64,000 bases of DNA from an uncultured bacterium (GCA_963762395.1 CAVXKL010000004.1:227673-291672), one strand, 5' to 3'; shown: positions 46,139 to 59,538, counted from the first letter of the stretch. A program made the numbers and translations. The notes: generated by a model not told the origin, from the sequence alone.

Positions 46139-47578
46139 ATGAGCCGCTTTTACATCACCACGTCAATACCGTATATAAATGACAAACCACACCTTGGCCA
46201 TTCCTTAGAGTTTGTTATTGCCGATGTTCTTGCTCGTTATGCCCGCAAACAAGGGGATGAGGTTATCTTTTCCACCGGCACAGATGAACACGGCGGCAAG
46301 ATAGCTGAAAGAGCTCAAGAATTAGGCGTTGAACCTAAACACTTTGCTGACAAAGTCTCAAAATACTTTGAAGAACTAACCGCGCTTTTAAACATCTCCA
46401 ACAACCGCTTTATTAGAACAACAGATGCTACTCATGAAAAAATTGCTCAAGATATTTGGCAAAAACTAGAAAAAGACATATATAAGTCCAAATATATTGG
46501 CTGGTATTGTACCGGCGACGAGGCCTTCTTTGCGGAAGCTGAAGTTAAGGCAAATAACGGTATCTGCCCTAATCATAACCGTCCATATGAGAAGATAGAG
46601 GAAAATAACTATTTCTTTAAATTATCTAAATACGGACCAGAGATAGCCGAAGCTATTAAATCCGAAAAATTTAAGATTATCCCAACGACTCGTCGTAATG
46701 AAATCTTAAGTCTAATTGATTCAGGATTGGAAGACATATCTATTTCCCGACCAAAGGACAAGATAACCTGGGGTATTCCGGTTCCAGGAGATAAAGAGCA
46801 GGTAATGTACGTCTGGTTTGAAGCCCTGATGAATTATATAACAGTTCTAGGTTATCCGGATAACGATGACTTTAAGAACTACTGGCCGGCTAATGTCCAA
46901 GTAATAGGCAAGGATATTATTAGGTTCCATGCCGCTATCTGGCCGGCCATGCTACTGGGGCTAGATCTACCTTTGCCTAAGAATCTCTACGTTCATGGCT
47001 TTATTAACATTGAAGGCCAAAAAATGTCTAAATCCTTAGGTAATTCAATCGACCCAGTTGAGCTAGTTGCTAATTTTGGTCCTGATCCATTGAGATATTA
47101 CCTCTTAAGACACATTCCCAGCTATTCTGACGGCGACTTCTCTATTGCTAGCCTAATAACCAGTTATAACAATGAACTGGCGAATGAGCTAGGCAATGCT
47201 GTCTCCAGATCAATCGCTATGATAGAACGATACTCTAGCGGCCTAATCAACAATGTACCACCCCCAGAACATGACATTGCTGCTTATGAGGAAGCAATTA
47301 AAGACTGCCGCCTAGATAAAGCCCTAGAAACAGTCTTTGAAGAAATTAAGGGGCTAAATCAATATATTGAAGAAGAAAAACCATGGGAACTAGCCAAATC
47401 CGAAGACCGGGATCATCTTAAAGAGGTCTTAGCATATTTAGCCGGCAGCCTGCTTCAAATCGCTGATCTCTTAGAGCCATTCCTGCCAGAAACAGCTAAT
47501 AAAATCAAAACAGCCTTTGAGGGTGGTAAAGTCCATAAAATGACCGAAAATCTTTTCCCTAAAATAGACAATGATTGA
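46139..47578 (+). CDS. metG: methionyl-tRNA synthetase (short form without C-terminal tRNA-binding domain)
   Basis: The HIGH-type motif PHLGHS, KMSKS and an anticodon-binding helical domain are present. Confidence 0.9.
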   Translation: MSRFYITTSIPYINDKPHLGHSLEFVIADVLARYARKQGDEVIFSTGTDEHGGKIAERAQELGVEPKHFADKVSKYFEELTALLNISNNRFIRTTDATHEKIAQDIWQKLEKDIYKSKYIGWYCTGDEAFFAEAEVKANNGICPNHNRPYEKIEENNYFFKLSKYGPEIAEAIKSEKFKIIPTTRRNEILSLIDSGLEDISISRPKDKITWGIPVPGDKEQVMYVWFEALMNYITVLGYPDNDDFKNYWPANVQVIGKDIIRFHAAIWPAMLLGLDLPLPKNLYVHGFINIEGQKMSKSLGNSIDPVELVANFGPDPLRYYLLRHIPSYSDGDFSIASLITSYNNELANELGNAVSRSIAMIERYSSGLINNVPPPEHDIAAYEEAIKDCRLDKALETVFEEIKGLNQYIEEEKPWELAKSEDRDHLKEVLAYLAGSLLQIADLLEPFLPETANKIKTAFEGGKVHKMTENLFPKIDND

Positions 47579-48386
47579 ACTAACTGATACCCACTGCCAT
47601 ATACAATCCATTAATCAATTCGGCGGTGAAGACCATACTTCCAAGCTATGGCAGAAACTTCAAAATACAGATGTAGAATCTGTCATTCATGACGCCTTTG
47701 AGGCTGGTGTCACCAGATTAATAACTGTTGGTTGTGAACTAATAGACAGCAAACTAGCAATCACTACCGCTCAAGCACATCAAAACGTCTGGGCTAGTAT
47801 TGGCATTCACCCGCATGAAGCTAAGAAATACGTTCGAGATAAGACAAAACAGGAAGAATTTAGCGGCCTTGCCAAAGAAGACAAAGTAGTAGCTGTTGGC
47901 GAATGTGGCCTGGATTACTTCTATAACTATTCCAGCCCCAAAGACCAAAAAGCGGTTTTGGATTTCCAGTTAAATCTAGCTTCTAAACATAACTTGCCGG
48001 TAATATTCCACGTTAGAGAGGCCTACATAGACTTTTGGCCCATCCTAGATAATTACCCAAATTTAAAGGGTGTACTCCATAGCTACACAGACAGTCTAGC
48101 TAACCTAGATGAAGCTCTGAACCGTGGACTATATATTGGCGTTAATGGTATTTCTACCTTCACCCGTGACCCAGCCCAACTAGCTATGTACAGGCAAATA
48201 CCACTGACTAATTTACTCCTTGAAACAGATTCACCGTACTTGACACCAGCACCAAAGCGTGGTAATATAAACCAGCCTAAAAATATTAGGCTTGTGGCAG
48301 AATACCTGGAGCGATTAAGAGGACAACCCTTAGAAATGATCGCCTCTCAAACGACTAAAAATGCCAGACAACTTTTTCACGTATAA
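47571..48386 (+). CDS. tatD: TatD-family metal-dependent hydrolase/DNase
   Basis: DTHCH, GIHPH, GECGLDY, HVREA and ETDSPYL motifs. Confidence 0.85.
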   Translation: MIELTDTHCHIQSINQFGGEDHTSKLWQKLQNTDVESVIHDAFEAGVTRLITVGCELIDSKLAITTAQAHQNVWASIGIHPHEAKKYVRDKTKQEEFSGLAKEDKVVAVGECGLDYFYNYSSPKDQKAVLDFQLNLASKHNLPVIFHVREAYIDFWPILDNYPNLKGVLHSYTDSLANLDEALNRGLYIGVNGISTFTRDPAQLAMYRQIPLTNLLLETDSPYLTPAPKRGNINQPKNIRLVAEYLERLRGQPLEMIASQTTKNARQLFHV

Positions 48387-48413
48387 TAAATAACTCTAAT
48401 GAAAGGAAATAGG

Positions 48414-48848
48414 ATGCGTTCTGAGTTAGGTAAAGAGGTAGCCAAGGGACATGAACAGGACATTCTGCTTAGATTTGATGTTCTAAGTAGCAGCTTGGAC
48501 CGAGCTAAAAAAGCTGCCAAGTCTATGGCTGCGGTAAACACGCCAAAGAGCTCAACCTTCAGTCAATCAGTTGCACCAAGGCTACGAGAAGGCTACCTCC
48601 AGACCTCCATCGCATCAAGTTCCCATGAGGCTGCTTCCACTTCAGCTAATACAGATGAGGCTAAAGTTACATTTGAACCGGCTGCTTACATTGGGATTGC
48701 TGATACAGCCATAAATAGTATTAAGGAAATTGATCTAAATACATCCAACACAGGTGTCATCTTCATTAATGATATTCGAAAGCAACTTGAAGAGATATAT
48801 AAGGGAATACCTCAATCAGCTCGAGATAATCTGAAAGGGGCAGCATAA
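48414..48848 (+). CDS. hypothetical protein
   Basis: ORF with no recognised family. ATG 48414 has aaggaaa upstream, whereas ATG 48399 has no RBS. Confidence 0.45.
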   Translation: MRSELGKEVAKGHEQDILLRFDVLSSSLDRAKKAAKSMAAVNTPKSSTFSQSVAPRLREGYLQTSIASSSHEAASTSANTDEAKVTFEPAAYIGIADTAINSIKEIDLNTSNTGVIFINDIRKQLEEIYKGIPQSARDNLKGAA

Positions 48849-48849
48849 G

Positions 48850-49221
48850 ATGAGTATACTGCCTAAATTTTTACCCCGTATCTATAGCCAAAGAGCTGAA
48901 GATGCTCAAAGACGGCTAATTCAATTCGAACTTCAATTTGGCCGCAATATATTCGGTCCAGTACCAGAAAATCATCACCGGGATTTCTTCTGTCTTGATG
49001 AATATACCTGGATTTGGCATGAAGACTGGTTGGATGAAAGGGGCAATAGAATTGTCCTATCTACTCGTTACATTCTAAGGCCGGATGGTGCTATTAAATC
49101 CCAAAACGGGAAGTCATATCAGAAGGTAGACGCCCAGGAATTCGATCACCTATATAAGGCCATTAAAAAATATGTCTCAACTGTCCAGAATCAATATTCC
49201 CAGATGCTTAGCCCTGCTTAA
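48850..49221 (+). CDS. hypothetical protein
   Basis: 123-codon ORF starting 2 nt after the previous stop. No family recognised. Confidence 0.45.
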   Translation: MSILPKFLPRIYSQRAEDAQRRLIQFELQFGRNIFGPVPENHHRDFFCLDEYTWIWHEDWLDERGNRIVLSTRYILRPDGAIKSQNGKSYQKVDAQEFDHLYKAIKKYVSTVQNQYSQMLSPA

Positions 49222-49246
49222 TTTAAAAACGTATACTTAGAGTATT

Positions 49247-50392
49247 ATGCCTAAAAGAAACGTCTATTTAGACTATGCTGCTGCCACACCTATGGACCCT
49301 CTAGTTCTTAAAGCTATGGAGCCATATTTTTCTAAGCAGTTTTATAACATCTCGGCTACCTACTCTAAAGCTAAAGAAGCTAGATCGGCAGTTGAAGCTA
49401 GCAGACGCAGGGTGGCATTAAATCTTGGTGCTAAATCCTCGGAAATTATCTTCACCGCTGGCGGCAGCGAAGCTAATAATCTGACAGTTACCGGCGTTAT
49501 GAGCGATTGCCCTCATGGCAATATGGTCATAACGGCTATTGAACATCCCTCAATCTACTCCCCGGCCAAGAACTTTAATACCCGTGTCTGCCCGGTGGAT
49601 GATCAAGGACATATTAAGATCAACAAACTAAAAGATTTAATCGACGATGACACAGTACTGGTTAGTATCATCTACGTCAGCAACGAAATAGGGGTAATTG
49701 AACCCCTAAAAGAGGTGGCAAATGTTATTCAAACTATTCGTAGTGACAGACTTGAAAGAAGCATAAATAGGCCAATATATTTCCATACCGATGCCTGCCA
49801 GGCAGCTAACTATCTTGACCTTCATGTCTCTAAACTCGGCGTCGATTTAATGACCCTAAACGGCAGTAAAATATATGGCCCTAAACAAAGCGGAGCCTTA
49901 TTTATAAAAAGCGGCGTTAGTTTAAAGCCCATCATCTTTGGCGGCGGCCAGGAAAGAAGCCTCAGGAGCGGCACTGAAAATGTACCTGGCATAATTGGTT
50001 TTGCCAGAGCCCTTGATCTAGCCCAAAACGACAGAAAGTCTGAATCGGACAGGCTGGCTAAACTTCAGGGATACTTTATGAGTAGTCTGGATAATAACTT
50101 TAGCCCTGTTAAGATAAACGGCTCAAGGGCTAAAAGAGTAGTAAACAATGTTCATGTCACATTCCCGGGTATAGACAATGAATGGCTTCTAATCTCTTTA
50201 GATGAAAAAGGTATTATGGCGGCAGCAGGATCAGCCTGCAGCGCTTCAAATGAATTGCCCTCAAAAGTTCTAAAAGCTATTGGTCTGACGGATAAAGAAG
50301 CTAGAAGTTCAGTCCGTTTCTCATTTGGCCATGGTACAACCAGACCAGATCTGGAATATACCCTAGAAGTCCTGAAAAGTCTGCTTAAATAG
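49247..50392 (+). CDS. cysteine desulfurase (class V aminotransferase, NifS/IscS/YrvO-like)
   Basis: YLDYAATTP-like N-terminus (YLDYAAATP), SNEIG, the PLP-lysine region LNGSKIYGPKQSGALF and the active-site loop SAGSACS. Confidence 0.85.
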   Translation: MPKRNVYLDYAAATPMDPLVLKAMEPYFSKQFYNISATYSKAKEARSAVEASRRRVALNLGAKSSEIIFTAGGSEANNLTVTGVMSDCPHGNMVITAIEHPSIYSPAKNFNTRVCPVDDQGHIKINKLKDLIDDDTVLVSIIYVSNEIGVIEPLKEVANVIQTIRSDRLERSINRPIYFHTDACQAANYLDLHVSKLGVDLMTLNGSKIYGPKQSGALFIKSGVSLKPIIFGGGQERSLRSGTENVPGIIGFARALDLAQNDRKSESDRLAKLQGYFMSSLDNNFSPVKINGSRAKRVVNNVHVTFPGIDNEWLLISLDEKGIMAAAGSACSASNELPSKVLKAIGLTDKEARSSVRFSFGHGTTRPDLEYTLEVLKSLLK

Positions 50393-50500
50393 AACCAGAT
50401 CTGTTTTCTCAGATGAGTCATTTAGGGTATAATATTTCTGAACTATAGCTTAAGCGATAACAAAGAAGCTATAGCTGTATATGATGGTGGGTAAACAAAT

Positions 50501-51121
50501 ATGACAATCTGGTGGTTTTATCTGGTAGTGGCTTTCATAATAGCTGCCGGCGCTGGTTTTATATGGTTGACTGTTCAGATAAGCAAAAGCACAAAGAATC
50601 AACCCAGATTCCTTGGCTCAGATATTGATAGCACTAAAGAAGCCGTTGAGCATATCTTTAATGATGAATTTAGAGAGGAACTTAAAAACAGAGGTCGGCT
50701 TCACTTTCAAAAGATAATAAACGACAGCGCAGATTTCCTGCAGCAAGACCTAAGACTAACCTCGTCTCAGCTCAATGAATTTATGAAGAAAGAGCTGACT
50801 TCTAAAGTTGATGAAGAATTGACTAAGTATGAACAATCGATCAACGATGCTCGCGACCTGGCAATTGATTCAATCAAGAAAACATCTCTTGCTCTCGATG
50901 AACAGCGCCAAGTTCTTGGTGATGAGGTCCGCAAGGCTGTAGCCGATGAAAAGACTAGAATAATTGACAACTTCATTAACCAGCTAACAGATATAGTCAG
51001 CCACTATATAACAACTGCCATAGGCGGTGAAATAGACTTAAATGATCAATTAGAATATATCCTGGCTAACCTTGAAACAAACAAAAAGGCAATGATCGAG
51101 GACATTAAGAATGTCGGATAG
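50501..51121 (+). CDS. atpF: F-type ATP synthase subunit b-like stator protein
   Basis: Single N-terminal TM helix followed by a long charged helical region. It lies directly upstream of the delta/alpha genes. Confidence 0.5.
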   Translation: MTIWWFYLVVAFIIAAGAGFIWLTVQISKSTKNQPRFLGSDIDSTKEAVEHIFNDEFREELKNRGRLHFQKIINDSADFLQQDLRLTSSQLNEFMKKELTSKVDEELTKYEQSINDARDLAIDSIKKTSLALDEQRQVLGDEVRKAVADEKTRIIDNFINQLTDIVSHYITTAIGGEIDLNDQLEYILANLETNKKAMIEDIKNVG

Positions 51122-51605
51122 TAAGACATACTTTAAATTGCCGCTTTCAGTTTCCCGGCCAGCTGATCTTAGCCGGCTAATTCATGAGCTGACGCAGATA
51201 AATGAAGACCTCGACCAGGAAAGAATCAGAAACCCTCATCAAAAACCGGAGATTAAAACCTCTTCTAAAATGACCGATGTTCTTACGGCTAACAATATAG
51301 ACATAACTACCAAAGAACACCGCGATGGTCTGCTTAAGATATTCAACCGTCTCAGTGAAAGAAACCAGATAATTAACATTAGTTTTGCCTCTGAGGCCAC
51401 CCCGGAGTTTATTGAAAAGATAGTTGAGTGGTTTAGAAAAGAAATTGATCCATACTGCTTTATTGTTGTTGGTATTAATCCCACCATTGGTGTCGGTTGC
51501 ATTGCCCGAACCAAAAATAAGGTCTTCGATATGTCGCTTAAAAGTGGTCTTAATAGTACCCGTGAGCTTCTAACTAGTCGTATCAGGGAGCTAGATAAAG
51601 CATGA
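51111..51605 (+). CDS. atpH: F-type ATP synthase subunit delta (OSCP), divergent
   Basis: C-terminal [30 protein letters not shown] resembles the conserved delta C-terminus (liGG..v..gd.v.D.S). It sits between the b and alpha genes. Confidence 0.55.
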   Translation: MSDSKTYFKLPLSVSRPADLSRLIHELTQINEDLDQERIRNPHQKPEIKTSSKMTDVLTANNIDITTKEHRDGLLKIFNRLSERNQIINISFASEATPEFIEKIVEWFRKEIDPYCFIVVGINPTIGVGCIARTKNKVFDMSLKSGLNSTRELLTSRIRELDKA

Positions 51606-53115
51606 ATAGCTCTAATCTGCATTTTAATAAACTAGTTGAAGCCGGCAATCCGGTTGGTGAAGTAGTCGCTGTTGAGAGATTCATGGTCAAGGTCCGCGGC
51701 CTCCAACCCTGCCAAGTCCACTCCATTGTCCTTTTTGAAGACGGCTCCAAAGGTTTTGTCCACCAAGTCAGAACTGACTATGTATTAATTCTTCACCTCG
51801 GCACTGAAAATCTAATGAGCGGTATGATAGCCGTCCTCCAGCATAAAGACCTGGTAGTTAAAGTTGGTAAAAACTTTATTGGCCGAGTAGTTAATGTCAT
51901 GGGTGAACCACTGGATGGTAAAGGTCCGATTACCTCAGATACTGTCTGGCCCGTCTTTAACGAAGCTGTTCCGCTTTATATGCATAAGCTTCTTGATACC
52001 CAGACGGAGAGCGGCGTCATAGCTGTTGATGCTCTTTTGCCTATAGTTCGCGGTCAAAGAATGGCTTTAATGGGTGATACAAAATCTGGTAAAAGTACCT
52101 TAGCCTCCCAGATAACAATTAACCAAAAAAACTCTGATCAGATCGTTGTCTACTGCCTGGTCGCTAAACGAAGAAGTGACGTCGATACTCTTTTAAGCCG
52201 TTTTAAAGAAAACGATGCAATGGATAAGTTAATCGTCGTTGTGTCCACGATGTTTGAATCACTAGTTATAAGCTACCTAGCGCCATATGTTGCCTGCGCA
52301 ATGGCTGAATATCTCTGGCAGAAATGCAACCAAGATGTCGTTATTATTTATGACGACCTTACTTCCCACGCCCATGCTCACAGGGAGATATCACTATTAT
52401 CCGGAGTCAGCCCTGGCCGTGACTCATATCCGGGAGACATGTTCTATGCCCACTCCAGTCTTCTAGAGAGGGCGGGAAGAATCGAGGAAACTGGCAAAGC
52501 GCTAACAGCTATTCCAATAGTTCATGCTCCAGGCGGAGATATTACCGCTTATCTGCCAACCAACATTATGAGTATTACCGATGGTCAATGGATACTAGAT
52601 ATGGATGTCTTCAGGAGCGGTGTCAGGCCAGCCTTTAACTTCGGCCTTTCCGTTACCCGAGCTGGTGGTACTGGACATAACGACCGTCAAAAAGATCAAG
52701 CCTTTAAGGCCCTTAAAATCCTAGCCGACTACCGCCAAGCCCAGGAATTTGCTCACTTTGGCACAGAAATTGGTGATGAGTATAGACGTGACCTAACTAT
52801 AGGCAAGTTAATTAACCAGATAATAACCCAAGCGCCAGGCTTGTCTTATTCACTCATCGCCCAGCAGTTAATGCTAGATATAGTTATTAACTTAGACGAT
52901 AAAGAAAAGATAGATGTTGATAAACTTAAGCTCCGGGTTAATGAATTTGCCCCGAAAGTAACTTCAGACGAGTCATTCAATAGTGTCCGTGATGAGCTTA
53001 AGACCCAATGCCTAACCATGACAGGCAGGGCTAAACCAACCAATACTAAACCAACTGAACAAGGTGTAAGCTCTACTTCCGAAAATGAAAAGCAAGCTAA
53101 AGAGGCGAATAAAAA

Positions 53116-53119
<4 letters not shown>
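51602..53119 (+). CDS. atpA: F-type ATP synthase subunit alpha
   Basis: The P-loop GDTKSGKST, the block [20 protein letters not shown] and [15 protein letters not shown] are all present. Confidence 0.88.
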
Positions 53120-55642
<2,523 letters not shown>

Positions 55643-55750
55643 ATATGCCAACCATAGCATTAATAACTAGACCGAACATCAAGCCGCTAATGGCATAAGG
55701 TCTTTAGCTAAACACTTTAACTAAAGAGGTATTTACACTAAGATTAATGA

Positions 55751-56797
55751 ATGGCAAAAAAGGTTTACGTCGGCATGTCCGGCGGCGTAGATAGTTCTCT
55801 GTCTGCTGCTTTATTAACAGAACGTGGCTATAACGTCACGGGCGTCTACATGAAAAACTGGACTCAAGACATCCCAGGTTTTGTCTGCCCTTGGAAGGAA
55901 GACTATGAAGACGCCAAAAGGGTAGCCGTTGTACTAGATATCCCTTTCAAGGTTTATGACTTTGAAAAACAATATCGAAATAAAGTAGTTAATTATTTAA
56001 TTGACGGGTACAAGAAAGGCATTACACCAAACCCAGACATCATCTGTAACCAGGAGATTAAGTTTAAATTATTTCTTGAAACTGCCTTAAGTGACGGAGC
56101 TGATTTAATCGCCACCGGCCACTATGCCAGGGTAGAGAAGGGGCACCTTCTAAAAGCCGTAGATCCCCTAAAAGACCAAACCTACTTCCTTTATAGGATG
56201 CCAACCGAATCATTAAATAGAGTATTAATGCCAATAGGCAGTATGCTGAAGACAGACGTTAGAAATGAAGCCAAGAAACGAAATCTGCCGACAGCCGCTA
56301 AAAAAGACAGCCAAGGAATATGCTTTATTGGCGAGGTGGGCATAAAAGAGTTCTTAACACACGAACTAGGACCGCAGCCTCCCGGAGATATTATTGATGA
56401 ACAGGGAAGAGTTATTGGCCGTCATGACGGGGTAATATTTTATACTATTGGCCAAAGACACGGGCTTAATATTGGCAGCGGTCTTCCCTACTATGTAACA
56501 GGTAAAAATATATCTAAGAATCAAATTTATGTTACCACCGTTCTTAATGACGCTAATCTTTGGAAAAGTAACATTAAACTAACTCAGTTTCACTGGACCT
56601 GTCCTGACTTTAAATTAGATCAAAAACCCCTTGAAGCTATCACTCGCTACCGCTCTAAGCCAGTGAAAGCAACCCTTAAAGTATCAGCGAGAACAGCCAA
56701 ACTTACTCTTAATGAACCGGCCAGAGCCGTAACACCCGGCCAATCGGCAGTTATATATTCCAAAGACTTGGTAATTGGTGGAGGTATTATTGTCTAG
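55751..56797 (+). CDS. mnmA: tRNA-specific 2-thiouridylase
   Basis: PP-loop VGMSGGVDSS, PNPDIICN, KDQTYFLY and KDSQGICFIG motifs. Confidence 0.93.
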   Translation: MAKKVYVGMSGGVDSSLSAALLTERGYNVTGVYMKNWTQDIPGFVCPWKEDYEDAKRVAVVLDIPFKVYDFEKQYRNKVVNYLIDGYKKGITPNPDIICNQEIKFKLFLETALSDGADLIATGHYARVEKGHLLKAVDPLKDQTYFLYRMPTESLNRVLMPIGSMLKTDVRNEAKKRNLPTAAKKDSQGICFIGEVGIKEFLTHELGPQPPGDIIDEQGRVIGRHDGVIFYTIGQRHGLNIGSGLPYYVTGKNISKNQIYVTTVLNDANLWKSNIKLTQFHWTCPDFKLDQKPLEAITRYRSKPVKATLKVSARTAKLTLNEPARAVTPGQSAVIYSKDLVIGGGIIV

Positions 56798-56923
56798 TTT
56801 GCGTTGATATCTTTTGGATTTAATGTTAATCAAAATTATCTAAAGAACTTAGCTAGAGGGCTAGATTAGAGGATGTCAAAATTTATTCTTGATGCCCAAG
56901 AACATACTAGTAAGTTAGTGTTA

Positions 56924-57184
56924 TTAAAGAGTAGTACTTAGATGTTCTTTAATCCACATGCGAGCAAGAGTTGTTGGGCCTATGCCTTTCTCATGGGCTA
57001 TGCCACGTAATCGCTCTAAGCTCTGTGGATCGAGCCGGATGTTTAATCCCGCCGAGAGGTTCTTGCTAAAGCGAACGTTTGCCGGCTTAGATTTTTCCCA
57101 TAGACTGGCCATATGAGCCTCGAACCAGGCCGCTTCTTCATCCCGATTCTTAAATTTTGGTAGCTGATTATTTCTTGCTGTCAT
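56924..57184 (-). CDS. BrnA-like (CopG/RHH) antitoxin
   Basis: FKNRDEEAAWFE... followed by LNIRLDPQSLERLRGIAHEKGIGPTTLARMWIKEHL matches the BrnA layout. Confidence 0.65.
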   Translation of the reverse strand: MTARNNQLPKFKNRDEEAAWFEAHMASLWEKSKPANVRFSKNLSAGLNIRLDPQSLERLRGIAHEKGIGPTTLARMWIKEHLSTTL

Positions 57185-57189
57185 AATAC

Positions 57190-57468
57190 TTACTCCTTTC
57201 CATGCTCTTTTTCATATAGGCGACGTAACTTTCCACTGGCTGGCCAAGCCGTTATTGGATAGTACACACCCTTTTCTTTAAGTACTAAAACTATTGCTAG
57301 TAGCTTGCCATTTCGAGTTGGACCAATGATCATTAGTCGTTCTTCGTAAGTCTCTCGTATACTGTAGTTACCATGACAAGCTTCTTCAACTTCTTCTGGC
57401 CTTAACTTATGGCGTGCGATATGATCGCTATTTCAAGAGTCCCATACTAATCGACGAACAACTATCAT
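57190..57468 (-). pseudogene. BrnT-like (DUF497) toxin with an in-frame TGA at codon 12
   Basis: My own translation gives MIVVRRLVWDS*NSDHIARHKLRPEEVEEACHGNYSIRETYEERLMIIGPTRNGKLLAIVLVLKEKGVYYPITAWPASGKLRRLYEKEHGKE. The stop is on the minus strand at 57433-57435, and the ORF ends 5 nt before the antitoxin ATG. Confidence 0.65.
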
Positions 57469-57588
57469 ACTATCATTGTAGCGCATTGTGACACAAAGTC
57501 AATCCATTTTTCATACACAAACATAAGTCATTGACTAGCATTTTAGATTAACCTTAGTTCACGGATCTGTTAAACTTCATCTATACAT

Positions 57589-59475
57589 ATGACAACTCAA
57601 GAAATACGTCAGGCCTACCTTAAATATTTCGTTTCCAAGGGACATAAACAAATCCCCAGAGCACTGATAGTACCCAAGGACGATCCTACTACTCTTTTTA
57701 CCGGCAGTGGTATGCAGCCTTTAATTCCCTACCTGCTTGGTGAATCTCACCCTGGGGGTACTAGGCTAACAGACAGCCAAACCTGTTTAAGAGCCCAAGA
57801 CATCGATGAAGTCGGCGATAACCGTCACACGACTTTCTTTGAAATGCTCGGCAACTGGAGCCTAGGAGACTATTTTAAAAAAGACCAAATCAAGTGGTAC
57901 TTTGAATTTCTAACGGACGTTGTCGGTTTAGACCCGGCTAGAATATATGTCAGCTGTTTTATTGGCGATCCAGAAAATGACATACCCAAAGACCTAGAAA
58001 GCTATGAAATCTGGCAGGAAATATTTAAGTCCAAGGGGCTAGATTATGACACGGTAGATGTTGGCACTAAAGAGAAGGGTTATGAAAAAGGAGATAACGG
58101 TGCTCGTATATCTTTTTATGGCGACAATAACTGGTGGTGCAGGACAGGTAACGCGAAAGATATGCCCACGAACGAGCCAGGCGGGCCAGACACCGAAGCT
58201 TTCTATTTATTCCCAAGCGTTAAGCATAACGAAGAGTACGGTAAATATTGCCATGTAAACTGCGACTGCGGCCGTTTTCTTGAAATCGGCAACTCAGTCT
58301 TCATGGAATATTTAAAGATTGACAATGGTTTTAGCCACTTGCCTAAAAAGAACGTCGACTACGGCGGTGGCCTAGAACGAATAGCCGCTGCCAGTATTGA
58401 TAGCCCTGATGTATATAAAGGTAGTCTATTCTGGCCAATAATTATGAAGCTTGAAGAACTAAGCGGCATATCATATGATGCTCAAACAACCGCCATGAGG
58501 GTTATTGCTGACCACATCAGGGGAGCTGTTTTCTTGAGTGTCGATGGTGTAACGCCCAGCAATAAAGAGCAGGGCTACGTCATGCGCCGCCTTATTAGAC
58601 GAGCCGTTAGATTCAGCTTTGATCTTGGCATCGAACAGCAATTTATTGAAGAAGTAGCTAGAGTAGTCATAGATATGTATAAAGCGGACTATCCGGAGGT
58701 AATAATGAACGAAGACCGGGTAATTTCGACACTTATTAAAGAAGAGAAAATCTTTCGCCAAACACTTAAGAAAGGCTTAAGGGAGCTTAATAAGATATCT
58801 AAGAATCCGCTAGTTAAAGGTGAAGATTTATTTAGACTTTATGATACATACGGCTTTCCTCTTGAACTATCTCTCGAAGAAGTATTTAAAGAAAACATTG
58901 AGCTAGATCCTAACTGGCAAGAAGATTTCAATAAGCTATTAAAAGAACAAAGGGAACGCAGCCAGACAGCAGCTAAAGGAACCTTTAGGGGCGGCCTTGG
59001 CGGTCATACAGATATTCATAAGAAGTACCACACGGCTACACATTTAATGTATAAGGCCTTAAGACAAGTATTGGGTGATGATGTTGTCCAACATGGCAGC
59101 AATATTACCGAAGAAAGACTCCGTTTTGACTTTTCTCACCCGGACAAAATGACCACGGAACAAATTAAAGAAGTAGAAGATATTGTTAATACTCAGATAG
59201 CCAACGATTTAACCGTTACTTTTGAAGAAGTCCCGGTCAAGGCAGCTCTAGAAGAGCTTCATGCTATGGGCGCTTTCGGTGATCGCTACGGTGACAGCGT
59301 TAGGGTATATAAGATGACTAATCCAAAGACCAATGAAATATTCAGTCTTGAGATATGCGGCGGTCCTCACGTGGATCACACCAACCAGTTAGCCGAAGGC
59401 GGCAAAAAGTTTAAGATTATCAAAGAAGAATCTTCTTCAAGCGGCATTAGACGTATAAAAGCAGTCTTAATTTAG
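57589..59475 (+). CDS. alaS: alanyl-tRNA synthetase, short form (628 aa, no C-Ala domain)
   Basis: The N-terminus IRQAYLKYFVSKGHKQIP, DDPTTLFTGSGMQP and FEMLGNWSLGDYFK are present. The editing-domain motifs HTATHLM and CGGPHV are also present. Confidence 0.9.
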   Translation: MTTQEIRQAYLKYFVSKGHKQIPRALIVPKDDPTTLFTGSGMQPLIPYLLGESHPGGTRLTDSQTCLRAQDIDEVGDNRHTTFFEMLGNWSLGDYFKKDQIKWYFEFLTDVVGLDPARIYVSCFIGDPENDIPKDLESYEIWQEIFKSKGLDYDTVDVGTKEKGYEKGDNGARISFYGDNNWWCRTGNAKDMPTNEPGGPDTEAFYLFPSVKHNEEYGKYCHVNCDCGRFLEIGNSVFMEYLKIDNGFSHLPKKNVDYGGGLERIAAASIDSPDVYKGSLFWPIIMKLEELSGISYDAQTTAMRVIADHIRGAVFLSVDGVTPSNKEQGYVMRRLIRRAVRFSFDLGIEQQFIEEVARVVIDMYKADYPEVIMNEDRVISTLIKEEKIFRQTLKKGLRELNKISKNPLVKGEDLFRLYDTYGFPLELSLEEVFKENIELDPNWQEDFNKLLKEQRERSQTAAKGTFRGGLGGHTDIHKKYHTATHLMYKALRQVLGDDVVQHGSNITEERLRFDFSHPDKMTTEQIKEVEDIVNTQIANDLTVTFEEVPVKAALEELHAMGAFGDRYGDSVRVYKMTNPKTNEIFSLEICGGPHVDHTNQLAEGGKKFKIIKEESSSSGIRRIKAVLI

Positions 59476-59538
59476 AAAGCTATTTATCCACCAAATGTCT
59501 TCAGCAAACTCCTTAACACCTATGTTAAAATTAAGGAT

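Noticed and set aside
55643-55750. Possible small hydrophobic peptide encoded antisense to the atpC 3' end and the atpC-mnmA spacer.
   Set aside because: It is only about 22 codons from the first plausible start, has no RBS and overlaps a conserved gene end. Chance ORF.
57433-57435. TGA in the BrnT-like gene as evidence for an alternative genetic code (code 25 or code 4).
   Set aside because: TGA terminates many well-supported genes here, for example at 993-995, 13387-13389 and 15700-15702. Reading through them would destroy conserved gene boundaries.
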